The position numbers and the translations under genes are program-made. A stretch of 64,000 nt of DNA. Origin: a virus. Position 1 is the first letter of the stretch, and each line of letters opens with the position of its first letter. Location of the stretch: positions 11,321-75,320 of the IMG/VR virus record IMGVR_UViG_3300006793_000021; one strand, written 5' to 3'. Below the pieces are notes generated by a model. That model was not told the DNA's origin. It saw nothing but the letters and a program-made list of their open reading frames with translations, and did not search any database. Below, in pieces: positions 48,804-58,864 of this stretch.

Positions 48804-50203
48804 TAGTTATCTGCCTTAGGTTTTAATACTTGTGAAAGAGCTTGACGTTGTTGCGTTCTTTCATTGTAAAGTGTTATTGTATGCAGTCCTGCATTTTTAA
48901 TAGCAGTAGCACTTGGTAAAGTTAATTTTACAAGTTGTGTACTGCCGTCTTGACTTGTATATGGCTTTAGTATTCCAGGATAGTTAGTAGCACTATTCAT
49001 TGGATAGTCTACAACTGCATAACTAACTACATCGATGCCATCTCTAGTGTCACTAGTGTGTTCTATTCTTATATATTTTGCTGACATATCAGCAATGTCT
49101 GTTAGCAACTCAGTTTGTCCAATAGTTAATTGCATAAAGTCTGTTGCTATAGGAGTATCGTATAGATAAGTGTCTACATCATTAATAAACGATCCTCTTA
49201 GTGTATCTTTAGTTCCATTATTCATTGGAGCTCTCTTAACATCATGTACTTTTATCCAACGATTTTTTTCGTATCTAAATAACCTTTGAGGTAAAAAGTC
49301 TGTTCGCATAAAGTAGTCACCGTCTACAGAGTTAACTGGAAAACTTATACCGCTACCAAACTGACTTCCGTTAGGTGCAAATTCATCACCTATCAATAGT
49401 CCATCATAACCGTGTCCTCTAGGTGTTGCTTTGTCAGTTATTGTACTGCCGTCATCAGCAACTTGTTCTACTGCGGCTCTACCTGTATCTTCATCTACTG
49501 CAAGTGTATATAATGCTGTATCTGTATCATACCCGCTTTTAGGAGTATTAGTATTTGCTTCTGCAACTACAGCATTGTTAACATTCATTTCTGCTTCGAA
49601 TGTTGATAATACATCACGTAGTGTACCATCTTCTGGATAGTCTTCACTTGCTGGTAAGTCAAGTATATCTTTGTACTCTTGACTGTCTACTATTTGTTTT
49701 AATTTAAGTCTATATAAGTGTGGATACCAAGTTGGTGAAAAGCCTTCTGCGGCTCTATTAATATCTTCAATAACATAAAAACGTTTTAGTGCAACACTAA
49801 AATCATTCATTGCAAATTCATCTTTTAAATGAGGAAGCTCTATAACATCGCCAGGCATAAGTTTACGCCCAACTGTTTGTACTGATGTATTAATATGTAC
49901 TGTCATAAACAAAGTATCGTTGCTTAAGAACAAACCAAATTGGCTTAGATCAAAGTCAATGTCCTGTACATTGTAAATACCTCTGATAGTGTAGATATCT
50001 TTATCATACTTTCTATCTCTATTTTCTAAAAACAACATATCTTGGATCTGTGTATGATCCTTTTCTGTTGTTCCGTCATTCGTACCGATATACTTATGGA
50101 CAAACAGGTCTGTTCCTCCAATATCGAACATTTCATTTATCTGGCGGTCTAAGAATTGAAAGTCTTTTCCGCGTTCTGGTTTATATAAACTTAACTTTGG
50201 CAT
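48803..50203 (-). CDS. gp14: Neck / head-tail connector protein, T4 gp14-like
   Basis: Likely start MPKLSLYKP at 50203 just after TAAATA; D.LFLENRDRKY, LSQFGLFL..D.LF, PGDVIELPH, WYPHLYRL; sits between gp13-like and gp15-like genes. Confidence 0.7.
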   Translation of the reverse strand: MPKLSLYKPERGKDFQFLDRQINEMFDIGGTDLFVHKYIGTNDGTTEKDHTQIQDMLFLENRDRKYDKDIYTIRGIYNVQDIDFDLSQFGLFLSNDTLFMTVHINTSVQTVGRKLMPGDVIELPHLKDEFAMNDFSVALKRFYVIEDINRAAEGFSPTWYPHLYRLKLKQIVDSQEYKDILDLPASEDYPEDGTLRDVLSTFEAEMNVNNAVVAEANTNTPKSGYDTDTALYTLAVDEDTGRAAVEQVADDGSTITDKATPRGHGYDGLLIGDEFAPNGSQFGSGISFPVNSVDGDYFMRTDFLPQRLFRYEKNRWIKVHDVKRAPMNNGTKDTLRGSFINDVDTYLYDTPIATDFMQLTIGQTELLTDIADMSAKYIRIEHTSDTRDGIDVVSYAVVDYPMNSATNYPGILKPYTSQDGSTQLVKLTLPSATAIKNAGLHTITLYNERTQQRQALSQVLKPKADN

Positions 50204-50208
50204 ATACA

Positions 50209-50241
50209 TATTTATCGTAACGATAGTAACTACGATAAATA
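50209..50241. promoter_or_regulatory. Back-to-back late promoters forming a perfect 11-bp inverted repeat
   Basis: TATTTATCGTA (50209-50219), 11-nt spacer, TACGATAAATA (50231-50241). Confidence 0.8.
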
Positions 50242-50260
50242 CTATGACGGAGAAAACTAA

Positions 50261-51247
50261 ATGGCAGTTAACCAAACACAAAAACAAGCAATATTTGACT
50301 ATGTAAACGCCTTCCTGGGCGGTGGTATGGTTGATGTAGAACTGGATCCAATCCACTATGAAACTGCTTTATCTAAAGCACTTAGTAAATTTAGACAAAG
50401 GTCTGATAATTCAGTTGAAGAATCTTACTTGTTTATGCCTACTGTAGTTGATCAGAACGAATATGTATTACCAAATGAAGTAGTTGAAGTACGTAAACTG
50501 TTTCGCAGAAGCATTGGTTCAAGACCTGCTACATCTGCATCAGGAGGTCCTATATTTACTACGTCACATGTTGCCACAGTTTCAAAAAATCAAACATTTA
50601 GTACAAACTATAATTTAAATTCTATTGCAACTGTTGTTGTAAAAGTAAATGGACAAGCAACTACTGATTATGCAATTGACTACACAACTAGAACAATAAC
50701 TTTTAATTCTGTACAAGCAGTTGGTAATGTTATTGGTATAGAATTATATGAATCAGGAGAAGCAGGTGGCGGATCATTATTTGAACCGTTTAACTTAGCA
50801 TACACAAATGCATACCTATTATCAAGTTCAAACATGGGCGGACTAGCAACATACGATATGTTTAGTCAGTACCAAGAACTAGTAGGAAGAATGTTTGGAT
50901 CATTTATTGAATTTAAATGGAATACTACAAGTAAAAAATTAACATTACTACAACGCCCAAGAGCTGAAGAAGAAATATTAATTTACGCATATAACCATAG
51001 ACCAGATAGTGAACTACTTAATGACTATCTTGCCAATCAGTGGATCAAAGATTATACACTAGCAAGTTGCAAATACATGCTAGGTGAAGCACGTAGTAAG
51101 TTTGCTACAATCGCAGGACCACAAGGCGGCTCAGCACTTAACGGTGATGCTCTTAAACAAGAAGCCGCGGCTGAAATGGAAAAACTTGAAATGGATGTAA
51201 TTAACCAAGTTGCTGGTGGCGTAGGTTACGGATTCACAATAGGCTAA
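50261..51247 (+). CDS. gp13: Neck protein, T4 gp13-like
   Basis: LGGGMVDVELD, WIKDYTLA.CK..LGEARSKF..I.GP.GG..LNG..L..EA..EME.L. Confidence 0.85.
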   Translation: MAVNQTQKQAIFDYVNAFLGGGMVDVELDPIHYETALSKALSKFRQRSDNSVEESYLFMPTVVDQNEYVLPNEVVEVRKLFRRSIGSRPATSASGGPIFTTSHVATVSKNQTFSTNYNLNSIATVVVKVNGQATTDYAIDYTTRTITFNSVQAVGNVIGIELYESGEAGGGSLFEPFNLAYTNAYLLSSSNMGGLATYDMFSQYQELVGRMFGSFIEFKWNTTSKKLTLLQRPRAEEEILIYAYNHRPDSELLNDYLANQWIKDYTLASCKYMLGEARSKFATIAGPQGGSALNGDALKQEAAAEMEKLEMDVINQVAGGVGYGFTIG

Positions 51248-51314
51248 AAACCACCTAAGTTAACGCTAACGATTTTGGTTCCTTGTAAATACAATATAAC
51301 AAGGAGGTCCCACA

Positions 51315-51557
51315 ATGTGCTCACCAGAAGTGCGTAAAGAAGCCAACCGTTTAAATTGGATTATCAAAGGTAAACTTATTGATCTATCCTGGAGCGACAT
51401 AGAAGTCGAAAAAACTTACCATTCATATTTTAAAAGACTTTGGGGAAATAACGAAAGTTATATCCATGAAGACGGATTTGAAGAAGCATGGAAAATTCGT
51501 CAAGAAGAAATGCTGTCTGAAGAAATGGTAACTGTTGCCAATTTAGGCTACGATTAA
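51315..51557 (+). CDS. Hypothetical protein
   Basis: 80 aa, strong SD AAGGAGGT, TAAATA at 51286-51291. Confidence 0.65.
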   Translation: MCSPEVRKEANRLNWIIKGKLIDLSWSDIEVEKTYHSYFKRLWGNNESYIHEDGFEEAWKIRQEEMLSEEMVTVANLGYD

Positions 51558-51559
51558 GG

Positions 51560-51588
51560 TTGACATTAACTTTGTAATAGTATATACT
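51560..51588 (+). promoter_or_regulatory. Sigma70-type promoter for dNMP kinase
   Basis: TTGACA-17 nt-TATACT. Confidence 0.8.
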
Positions 51589-51616
51589 GTAAAGTATATT
51601 CAATAAGGAGTTATGT

Positions 51617-52177
51617 GTGTTACCTAAACTATTAGTTGTTGGACACGGCCGACACGGTAAAGATACTGTATGTGAAATGTTAGAAGCATACGGATATACG
51701 TTCCAATCATCAAGCAAATTTTGTTCAGAACTTTTTATCTATAATGATTTGAAAGATCAATACGGATATGCTAATGAAGAAGAGTGCTATGCAGATAGGC
51801 ACAATCATCGTACTGAGTGGTATGATATGATACACAACTATTGTAGCGATGACCTAGCACGTTTAGGACGTAACTTATTTGATCAGCATGATATCTATTG
51901 TGGACTACGTAACAAGCGTGAATTCTTTGCAATGCAAAATGAAGTAATATTTGACCATGCTATTTGGGTAGACAGAACAGATCATTTGCCCTTAGAAAGT
52001 TATAGCTCTATGAGTATTGAACAATGGATGTGCGACTACACTATTGACAATAATGGTACACTAGATAGACTAGAAAAAAATGTTAACGTGCTTATTAAAA
52101 CAATATTTAAAAATCGGGGACTAAGTCTCCCTGCTTCCACACAACTCCCTCTTTTTGCAGAATTCTCTGACAGTTAG
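51617..52177 (+). CDS. Deoxynucleoside monophosphate kinase-like P-loop protein (GTG start)
   Basis: LLVVGHGRHGKDT P-loop, GLR..RE, DYTIDNNGTL..L; SD AAGGAG. Confidence 0.75.
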   Translation: MLPKLLVVGHGRHGKDTVCEMLEAYGYTFQSSSKFCSELFIYNDLKDQYGYANEEECYADRHNHRTEWYDMIHNYCSDDLARLGRNLFDQHDIYCGLRNKREFFAMQNEVIFDHAIWVDRTDHLPLESYSSMSIEQWMCDYTIDNNGTLDRLEKNVNVLIKTIFKNRGLSLPASTQLPLFAEFSDS

Positions 52178-52442
52178 CACATATTGTTTTTAAGTTTTGT
52201 GGACGGCAGTTTTCTAAATTTCCGTCTATATGAAACACATTAAACTGTTCTGAGTGTTTAGATTTATAATTACACTTCTCGCAACTGCTCTTTTTCTCAT
52301 AGCCTCTTTGCTTCCATTTAGGTATTCCATGACCTGCTCCATTACGTAAGCAACGCTCACACAATGACCTATAGTAAGTTCTACCATCTTTTTTATAGTT
52401 TATAGCCGCAGGACGTTGTCCGCATTTGCATAAAGGTCTCAT
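52107..52442 (-). CDS. HNH-type Zn-binding nuclease-like protein
   Basis: CKC, CERC, CEKC, HIDGN..N....NL.TICANC; TAAATA 4 nt before ATG. Confidence 0.7.
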   Translation of the reverse strand: MRPLCKCGQRPAAINYKKDGRTYYRSLCERCLRNGAGHGIPKWKQRGYEKKSSCEKCNYKSKHSEQFNVFHIDGNLENCRPQNLKTICANCQRILQKEGVVWKQGDLVPDF

Positions 52443-52558
52443 ACTGTATTTACCTCACCTTTTCGGTACCTTTTTTTATGGTATATTACAGGTGAATTAT
52501 TCTTAAACTGCTAAATAACTATAACAAAGACTCATTCATTATTAATAGGAGAAATATA

Positions 52559-55500
52559 ATGGCACTAACATCACCAGGAGTACAGGTTAGCGTAGTAGAC
52601 GAAAGTTTTTACACACCCGCTGAACCAGGTACAGTACCAATGATATTCGTTGCCACCGCCGCAAATAAAACAAATGGCGCTGGTACCGGTATTGCTCCAG
52701 GATCACTGAAAGCAAACGCAGGTAAGCCTTACTTACTAACATCACAGCGTGACCTTACAGAGACATTTGGAGATCCAGTATTTTATACTGATACAAACAA
52801 CAATCCAATTCATGCTGGAGAGCTTAATGAATATGGATTACAAGCGGCTTATTCATTATTAGGTGTAAGCAACAGAGCATTTGTTGTAAGAGCAGATGTT
52901 GACTTAGGCGCTTTACAAGCAACAGCAGATGCGCCAAGCGGTGCACCAGCAGATGGCGCACTTTGGACAGATACTGCATCAACAGCATTTGGTATATTTG
53001 AATGGAACGGTGCGGCAGCATCAACTACAGGCGGACAGAGCTTTGCAGTTAAAACTCCTATTATAATTACAGACGCAACAAAAACTAGCGGCTCAACTCC
53101 ATATACACCAAAAGGTTCAATAGGCGCAATAGGCGACTATGCTATAACTGCTGGCTTATCAACAATTTACAGAGTATGGTACAAAAACACTTCAGGTAAC
53201 TGGGTACAAGTTGGTTCAACAGCATGGACTGGAAGTACACCAAGTGCAACTGGAACAGTTGTTGTAACAGGCGGAACTACATTATTAGATTCTGATACTT
53301 TAGTACTTGACGTAGCTGGTTCTAACTATACACTAACAGCGGCGACCAGCGGTGGATCTGCTACTTCGTTAGATGATATAGTTTCAAACAGTAACACAGT
53401 ACTTTCAGGTACAGGTGTTAGTGTAGCAAATCTTAACAATCAATTAGTAATTTACAATGATGGTTCAACAGACACAGAAATTACTCTTGCAGAAGGTGCT
53501 GGTAGCCCAGGACTAGCAGAGAAATTAGGCTTTACAGTTGGAAACTATTCTATTCCAGCATTAGCAATTGATCCACATACAAGTGTTCCACAATGGAAGT
53601 CAACAGGCTCAGGTCAAGTTGCTCGTCCAAGTGGAAGTGTATGGCTAAAAACTACAGAACCAAATAGTGGTGCAAGATGGAGAGTAAAATCTTACAATGC
53701 AGACACAGCACTTTGGGACTTAGTAGACGCACCAATACATGCTTCAAATCACAGTGCATTATATGCATTAGATAAAGCAGGCGGTGGCGCTAACTTAGCA
53801 AAAGACGCATTGTATGTACAATCTAACTTTACAGAAGCATCAAGCAAATTAGGTGATTTTGTATTATTTAAAAGAGCGGCGGCAGGTGCAACTACAATTA
53901 AAACTGCGGCAATAGCGGCTCAACTTTCAGCAACAGACTATACATTTAAAATAGCAGAGAGTGTTGTAGGTAGTGCGGCATTAGCAACAGCAATAGAAGT
54001 AGCATTTACTGCAACAGGTGCAAGTACTGACTCCGACGAAATGGCAGATGGTATTAACAGCGCAGGCTTTACTAACATTGTTGCTTCAGTAGACTCAGAC
54101 AACAAAGTTGTAATTGAACACAAATTAGGTGGCGACTTTAGACTTGACAATGGTTCAGGTACAAGCCCACTTACATTAGTAGGTTTAACTAACGCGGCAA
54201 CTAACGTATATGATGCTCCAACAGGCGATTCAACTAATGAACTAGTTGCTTCAAACTGGATGCCAGTAACATCAAGTGCTTCACAAGTGTACGTAGCATC
54301 AGCTAACGCACCAACAAGCACAACAGCAGATGGTACATTATGGTACAGTAGTGTTATTGACGAAGTTGACATGATGGTACACAATGGTACAACATGGGTT
54401 GGTTACAAATCATTATATGGTTCAAGTAACGGTACAACAGTATCAGCAACACAACCAAGTACTCCAGCAGATCAGGATCTTTGGGTTGACACATCAGACT
54501 TAGAAAACTATCCAACAATTTACCGTTGGAACAATGGTGCTCAAGAATGGCAGTTAGTTGACAAATCAGATCAAACTACTGAAGATGGTGTATTGTTTGC
54601 AGATGCACGTTATGGTACATCAGGCGGAACAACAACAGTTGCTCCAGCAGGTAGTATTGAAGACTTATTAACAAGTGACTACTTAGACCCAGATGCTCCA
54701 GATCCAGCACTTTACCCACGTGGTATGCTACTTTGGAACACACGTAGAAGCGGCTTTAACGTTAAGAAATTTGTACGTAACGCAATTGATGTTACTGCTG
54801 ATAACGCAAGAGCAGGTGATGCAAGTATGGCAAGTTACTATCCACACAGATGGGTAACTGAGTCAGCTAACCAAGAAGATGGTTCAGGTAGCTTTGGACG
54901 TAAAGCACAGCGTAAAGTTGTTGTACAACAGTTACAAGCTACAATGAATAGCAATGATGATATTAGAGATGATGAATCAAGACTATTCAACTTACTAGCA
55001 ACTCCAGGTTATCCAGAGTTAATTGGTGAAATGGTTTCACTAAACTTTGATAGAGGATTAAGTGCATTTATCGTAGGTGATTCACCAGCAAGATTAACAT
55101 CAGACGCTACTTCATTAAATGAATGGGGTCAGAACGTTGCACTAGCAGTTGAAGATAACGATGACGGACTTGTAAGCAGAGATGAATACTTAGGTGTATT
55201 TTATCCATGGGGCTTTACAAGTGACAACGCAGGTAACAATGTAGTTGTTCCACCAAGTCACATGATGCTAAGAACTATTGCGCTAAGTGACCAAGTTAGC
55301 TATCCATGGTTTGCACCAGCAGGTACAAGACGTGGCGGCATTACAAATGCTACAGCAACAGGGTTTATTGATAACGAAGGCGAATTTAATTCAATAGCAT
55401 TAAACGAAGGACAGCGCGATACACTTTATGCAGTAAGCGTTAACCCAATTACATTCATTAACGGCGCAGGCTTAGTTGCATACGGTCAAAAGACTCGTGC

Positions 55501-55837
55501 AAGAGGTGCAAGCTCATTAGATAGAATTAACGTAGCACGTTTGGTAATTTACTTACGTGGACAGTTAAACAAATTAGCTAAACCATATATCTTTGAACCA
55601 AATGATAAGATCACACGTGATCAGATCAAACAGGCCGCAGAGAGCTTATGTTTAGAGTTAGTTGGTGCAAGAGCATTATATGACTTCTTAGTTGTATGTG
55701 ACGAAAGCAACAACACTCCAGCTAGAATCGATCGTAACGAGCTTTACTTAGATATAGCAATAGAACCAGTCAAAGCAGTAGAGTTTGTTTACATTCCGCT
55801 ACGTTTGAAAAATACTGGTGAGATAGCAGGCTTGTAA
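52559..55837 (+). CDS. gp18: Contractile tail sheath protein, T4 gp18-like
   Basis: L.SPGV.V...DES, PWFAPAG.RRG, RD.LY...VNPI, GQKT, SSLDRINVARL, FEPND, P.KAVEFVY. Confidence 0.95.
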   Translation: MALTSPGVQVSVVDESFYTPAEPGTVPMIFVATAANKTNGAGTGIAPGSLKANAGKPYLLTSQRDLTETFGDPVFYTDTNNNPIHAGELNEYGLQAAYSLLGVSNRAFVVRADVDLGALQATADAPSGAPADGALWTDTASTAFGIFEWNGAAASTTGGQSFAVKTPIIITDATKTSGSTPYTPKGSIGAIGDYAITAGLSTIYRVWYKNTSGNWVQVGSTAWTGSTPSATGTVVVTGGTTLLDSDTLVLDVAGSNYTLTAATSGGSATSLDDIVSNSNTVLSGTGVSVANLNNQLVIYNDGSTDTEITLAEGAGSPGLAEKLGFTVGNYSIPALAIDPHTSVPQWKSTGSGQVARPSGSVWLKTTEPNSGARWRVKSYNADTALWDLVDAPIHASNHSALYALDKAGGGANLAKDALYVQSNFTEASSKLGDFVLFKRAAAGATTIKTAAIAAQLSATDYTFKIAESVVGSAALATAIEVAFTATGASTDSDEMADGINSAGFTNIVASVDSDNKVVIEHKLGGDFRLDNGSGTSPLTLVGLTNAATNVYDAPTGDSTNELVASNWMPVTSSASQVYVASANAPTSTTADGTLWYSSVIDEVDMMVHNGTTWVGYKSLYGSSNGTTVSATQPSTPADQDLWVDTSDLENYPTIYRWNNGAQEWQLVDKSDQTTEDGVLFADARYGTSGGTTTVAPAGSIEDLLTSDYLDPDAPDPALYPRGMLLWNTRRSGFNVKKFVRNAIDVTADNARAGDASMASYYPHRWVTESANQEDGSGSFGRKAQRKVVVQQLQATMNSNDDIRDDESRLFNLLATPGYPELIGEMVSLNFDRGLSAFIVGDSPARLTSDATSLNEWGQNVALAVEDNDDGLVSRDEYLGVFYPWGFTSDNAGNNVVVPPSHMMLRTIALSDQVSYPWFAPAGTRRGGITNATATGFIDNEGEFNSIALNEGQRDTLYAVSVNPITFINGAGLVAYGQKTRARGASSLDRINVARLVIYLRGQLNKLAKPYIFEPNDKITRDQIKQAAESLCLELVGARALYDFLVVCDESNNTPARIDRNELYLDIAIEPVKAVEFVYIPLRLKNTGEIAGL

Positions 55838-55875
55838 AGATGATAAATATATATAACAAATTAGGAGCAAAGTAA

Positions 55876-56514
55876 ATGGCTATTTCATCATTATCAAAAA
55901 TCACAGTTCCATTAGCTTCGGATGCAAGTAACTCTACACAAGGGTTGCTTATGCCAAAACTCCAGTATCGCTTTAGAGTGTCACTGGAAAACTTTGGTGT
56001 AAGTGCAGGCGAAGTTACTGAACTAACAAAACAGGTTCAGGATGTTACTAGACCAAACGTAAGCTTCGAGACAATGACTGTTGACGTATACAACTCAAGA
56101 GTTTATCTTGCAGGTAAACATACCTGGGAAGCTATTACACTTACTTTAAGAGACGATGCTACTGGTGCTGTACAAAAACTAGTTGGTGAACAACTACAAA
56201 GACAGTTCGACTTTATGGAACAGTCAAGTGCGGCAAGCGGAATTGATTATAAGTTTGTAACTAGAATTGAAATTCTAGACGGTGGTAACGGTAACTATGC
56301 ACCTGAAACACTAGAAACTTTTGAACTATACGGTTGTTACTTAGAAAGTGCAAATTACAATTCATTAGCATACAGTGCTAACGAACCAGTAACAGTTGCA
56401 TTAACAGTTAAGTACGACAATGCTATCCAAACATCAGGCGCAAGCGGTGGTGGAGTAGGTACTGCTATTGGAAGATCAGTAGCGGCTATAGCAAGTACAA
56501 CTGGCGCAAGCTAA
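55876..56514 (+). CDS. gp19: Tail tube protein, T4 gp19-like
   Basis: Follows the sheath; PKLQYRFRV, V.RP...F, Y.AGK..WE.IT.T.RDD, ELYGCY...Y..L.Y, LT..YDNA. Confidence 0.88.
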   Translation: MAISSLSKITVPLASDASNSTQGLLMPKLQYRFRVSLENFGVSAGEVTELTKQVQDVTRPNVSFETMTVDVYNSRVYLAGKHTWEAITLTLRDDATGAVQKLVGEQLQRQFDFMEQSSAASGIDYKFVTRIEILDGGNGNYAPETLETFELYGCYLESANYNSLAYSANEPVTVALTVKYDNAIQTSGASGGGVGTAIGRSVAAIASTTGAS

Positions 56515-56543
56515 GTTACTTAATAGTACAACAAATTAGGATT

Positions 56544-56565
56544 AGGGGCTTCATTGCCCCTTTTT
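56544..56565 (+). terminator. Rho-independent terminator after tail tube
   Basis: AGGGGC-TTCATT-GCCCCT plus T run. Confidence 0.85.
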
Positions 56566-56604
56566 CATTTTATACGCAGTTAATAACATTGGATAAATAT
56601 TAGT

Positions 56605-58020
56605 ATGGCGAACATATTCAATGGATTCTTAGATAACTTAGTAAACGGCGCACTTAGTCCAAAGGGCGACATGGCCGACTATTCACATGCGGCACGTTTA
56701 TTCACAGACGACAACTTTCGTTTAGCTCCCAAACAAAAGTTTCTATATCATGTAACACTTAACTTAAACGACAACGTAGTAAACAAAGTATTACCAGGTT
56801 GGGTTAGCAGACATACTAATGAAGTTAATATGCTTGTTAAGAGTGTAACTATGCCTAGTTTTGATATTACAACTGAAACTAAGAACAAATACAATCGTAA
56901 AAAGAATGTACAAACACGTATAGATTACGGTCCTGTAAATATTATATTCCATGATGATAACAATAGCATAACAACACAGTTATGGACAGCATACTATAAC
57001 TATATGTTTAGAGATGGTACATATGGTAGTAGAGATGGCGCAGGTGCACCAAATCAAACTGCAAGACCATATGATAGATTTAATACGTATAAAGGTAGTA
57101 CACAAAACGGCGACCGCTTTGGTTTAGATAACAATCAATACGAACCGTTTTTTACAAGTATACAAATATCACAGTTAGCAAGACATCAATATCTTACACT
57201 AACATTAGTAAATCCAATAATTGAAAAATGGTCACATGACACACTTGATAATTCAGCAAGTGCTGAGCCTGTGCAGAATACAATGACAGTAGCATACGAA
57301 AGCGTATTCTATGCAGACGGTGCTGTAGCAGAAGGATCAACACCTAAAGGATTTGCAACAGAACATTATGATTCGACACCTAGTCCAATTGCCGCAGGTA
57401 GTGGTGGAGGACTATTTGGTAGCTCGGGTATATTAGCAGGCGGTGTTAGTGTACTAGGAGATTTAGCAGGCGGTAAAGCAGACTTAGGTACATTACTTAC
57501 AGCGGCACGTACAGTTAAAAACGCTAAGAAACTTACTAAAGAAGGTTTACGTAATGAAGCATATCAAGTTGCAGGACAAACTATTAGAACAGCAACAGGA
57601 ACAAATGTAAGCGGACTTGCTAATACTAGTTTTCCAAAATCAGGTGGTAACGGTACACAAACAACTGAAGCAAAACCAATTACAACTATTAGGCAATCTA
57701 AACAATTAGATACAGCAGACTTACAAACAGCATTAGATAACAATACAGAACTAAAAGACTTAGTTGCAGAAAGAGCTGTTGCAATAGGTGCAGTAAGTAC
57801 ACTGTCAGGTTATAATGTAGGTAATGCCGCAGGACTTGGTGCATATGATAACCTTACTGTAAATGAAAAAACAATAGTTAGAAACGAAGTTGATCAATTA
57901 CTAAGTAATGAAGATCCCAAGATGCTATCCATTACCAACTCCATAGTCACTAAATACAGAGAAGCACAATCAGGCAGTAGTACTATTGCCGCACAAAAGA
58001 ATCCATTAGGAAACGTATAA
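56605..58020 (+). CDS. Tube-fold baseplate protein (tail tube initiator/cap-like)
   Basis: LVKSV.MP.F......N.YNRK, I.FHDDN, L.NP.I..W.HD.LD, MT..YE.V motifs resemble the tube fold. Confidence 0.6.
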   Translation: MANIFNGFLDNLVNGALSPKGDMADYSHAARLFTDDNFRLAPKQKFLYHVTLNLNDNVVNKVLPGWVSRHTNEVNMLVKSVTMPSFDITTETKNKYNRKKNVQTRIDYGPVNIIFHDDNNSITTQLWTAYYNYMFRDGTYGSRDGAGAPNQTARPYDRFNTYKGSTQNGDRFGLDNNQYEPFFTSIQISQLARHQYLTLTLVNPIIEKWSHDTLDNSASAEPVQNTMTVAYESVFYADGAVAEGSTPKGFATEHYDSTPSPIAAGSGGGLFGSSGILAGGVSVLGDLAGGKADLGTLLTAARTVKNAKKLTKEGLRNEAYQVAGQTIRTATGTNVSGLANTSFPKSGGNGTQTTEAKPITTIRQSKQLDTADLQTALDNNTELKDLVAERAVAIGAVSTLSGYNVGNAAGLGAYDNLTVNEKTIVRNEVDQLLSNEDPKMLSITNSIVTKYREAQSGSSTIAAQKNPLGNV

Positions 58021-58021
58021 T

Positions 58022-58390
58022 ATGGCAAATAATTTACCAGCAGTTAAAGCACAAGATAGTGGTGCTGAAGTTAAAGAATTTTTCAATCAATACTTAACAG
58101 AAAAAACTTCTTATCCAGCAAATGATGTTGACGCAGTAATAGGCTTTTTTGAAAACAGAGGCTTTGAAAAATCAAGTGCTATTGCAGTAGGTACAGCAAT
58201 CTTAAATCAAGCAAAAGTAGATGACATAAATGTATTTGAACTTATTGATACACTAAAAGGTATAAATGCAACACAAATGAGTGATATCATTGCTAACATA
58301 CTAAACTACAGTAGAGAAAAAACAAGCACACTTGGTTTTAAAGTAACTTCAAATTACGAAAAAATTGAAAAGCGAAACATCATATACTAA
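58022..58390 (+). CDS. Hypothetical protein
   Basis: 122-aa ORF in the structural operon. Confidence 0.7.
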   Translation: MANNLPAVKAQDSGAEVKEFFNQYLTEKTSYPANDVDAVIGFFENRGFEKSSAIAVGTAILNQAKVDDINVFELIDTLKGINATQMSDIIANILNYSREKTSTLGFKVTSNYEKIEKRNIIY

Positions 58391-58396
58391 AATGCC

Positions 58397-58834
58397 ATGG
58401 GAAGATTTGCACAGGGAAAATATAGTCTCAAAAATCCTGAGAAGTATATAGGTACAAAAACACCAACTTATAGAAGTAGTTGGGAGTTTACGTTTATGCG
58501 TTTTTGCGACGAACACCCAAGTGTTGCTAAGTGGGCTAGTGAAGCAATTAAAATACCATACAAAAATCCATTAACCGGAAAGCATACAATATATGTTCCG
58601 GACTTCTTTATTGCATATGCAGACCGTAAAGGCAAGCAACGTGTAGAACTAATAGAAGTAAAACCAGAGAATCAAGCAGTAAAAGAAAAACTAGGTCGAA
58701 GTAAGCATAACCAAGCATCTTGGGTCGTTAACCAAGCAAAATGGGAAGCCGCAAGGGCATATTGTAAACAAAAAGGTATATTTTTTAGAGTTATAACAGA
58801 ACAAGATATATTCCATAACGGCAAAAGACGATAA
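58397..58834 (+). CDS. gp4: Head completion protein, T4 gp4-like (TnsA-like nuclease fold)
   Basis: KNPEKY.G, YRSSWE..FM..CD, WASE.I.IPY, Y.PDF, IEVKP, NQAKWEAA..YC, F.VITE. Confidence 0.88.
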   Translation: MGRFAQGKYSLKNPEKYIGTKTPTYRSSWEFTFMRFCDEHPSVAKWASEAIKIPYKNPLTGKHTIYVPDFFIAYADRKGKQRVELIEVKPENQAVKEKLGRSKHNQASWVVNQAKWEAARAYCKQKGIFFRVITEQDIFHNGKRR

Positions 58835-58864
58835 ATAATAGTAGCATATAATGGTATAGGACAC

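Noticed and set aside
50204-50356. N-terminal extension of the 517-aa minus ORF
   Set aside because: Overlaps the gp13-like gene and crosses the divergent promoter; MPKLSLY at 50203 is the better start
52107-52442. Mobile homing endonuclease
   Set aside because: Short, has its own late promoter and interrupts no gene; more likely a resident phage gene
52455-52496. TCACCT/AGGTGA inverted repeat between HNH-like and sheath genes
   Set aside because: Only 6 bp with a long spacer; not distinguishable from chance
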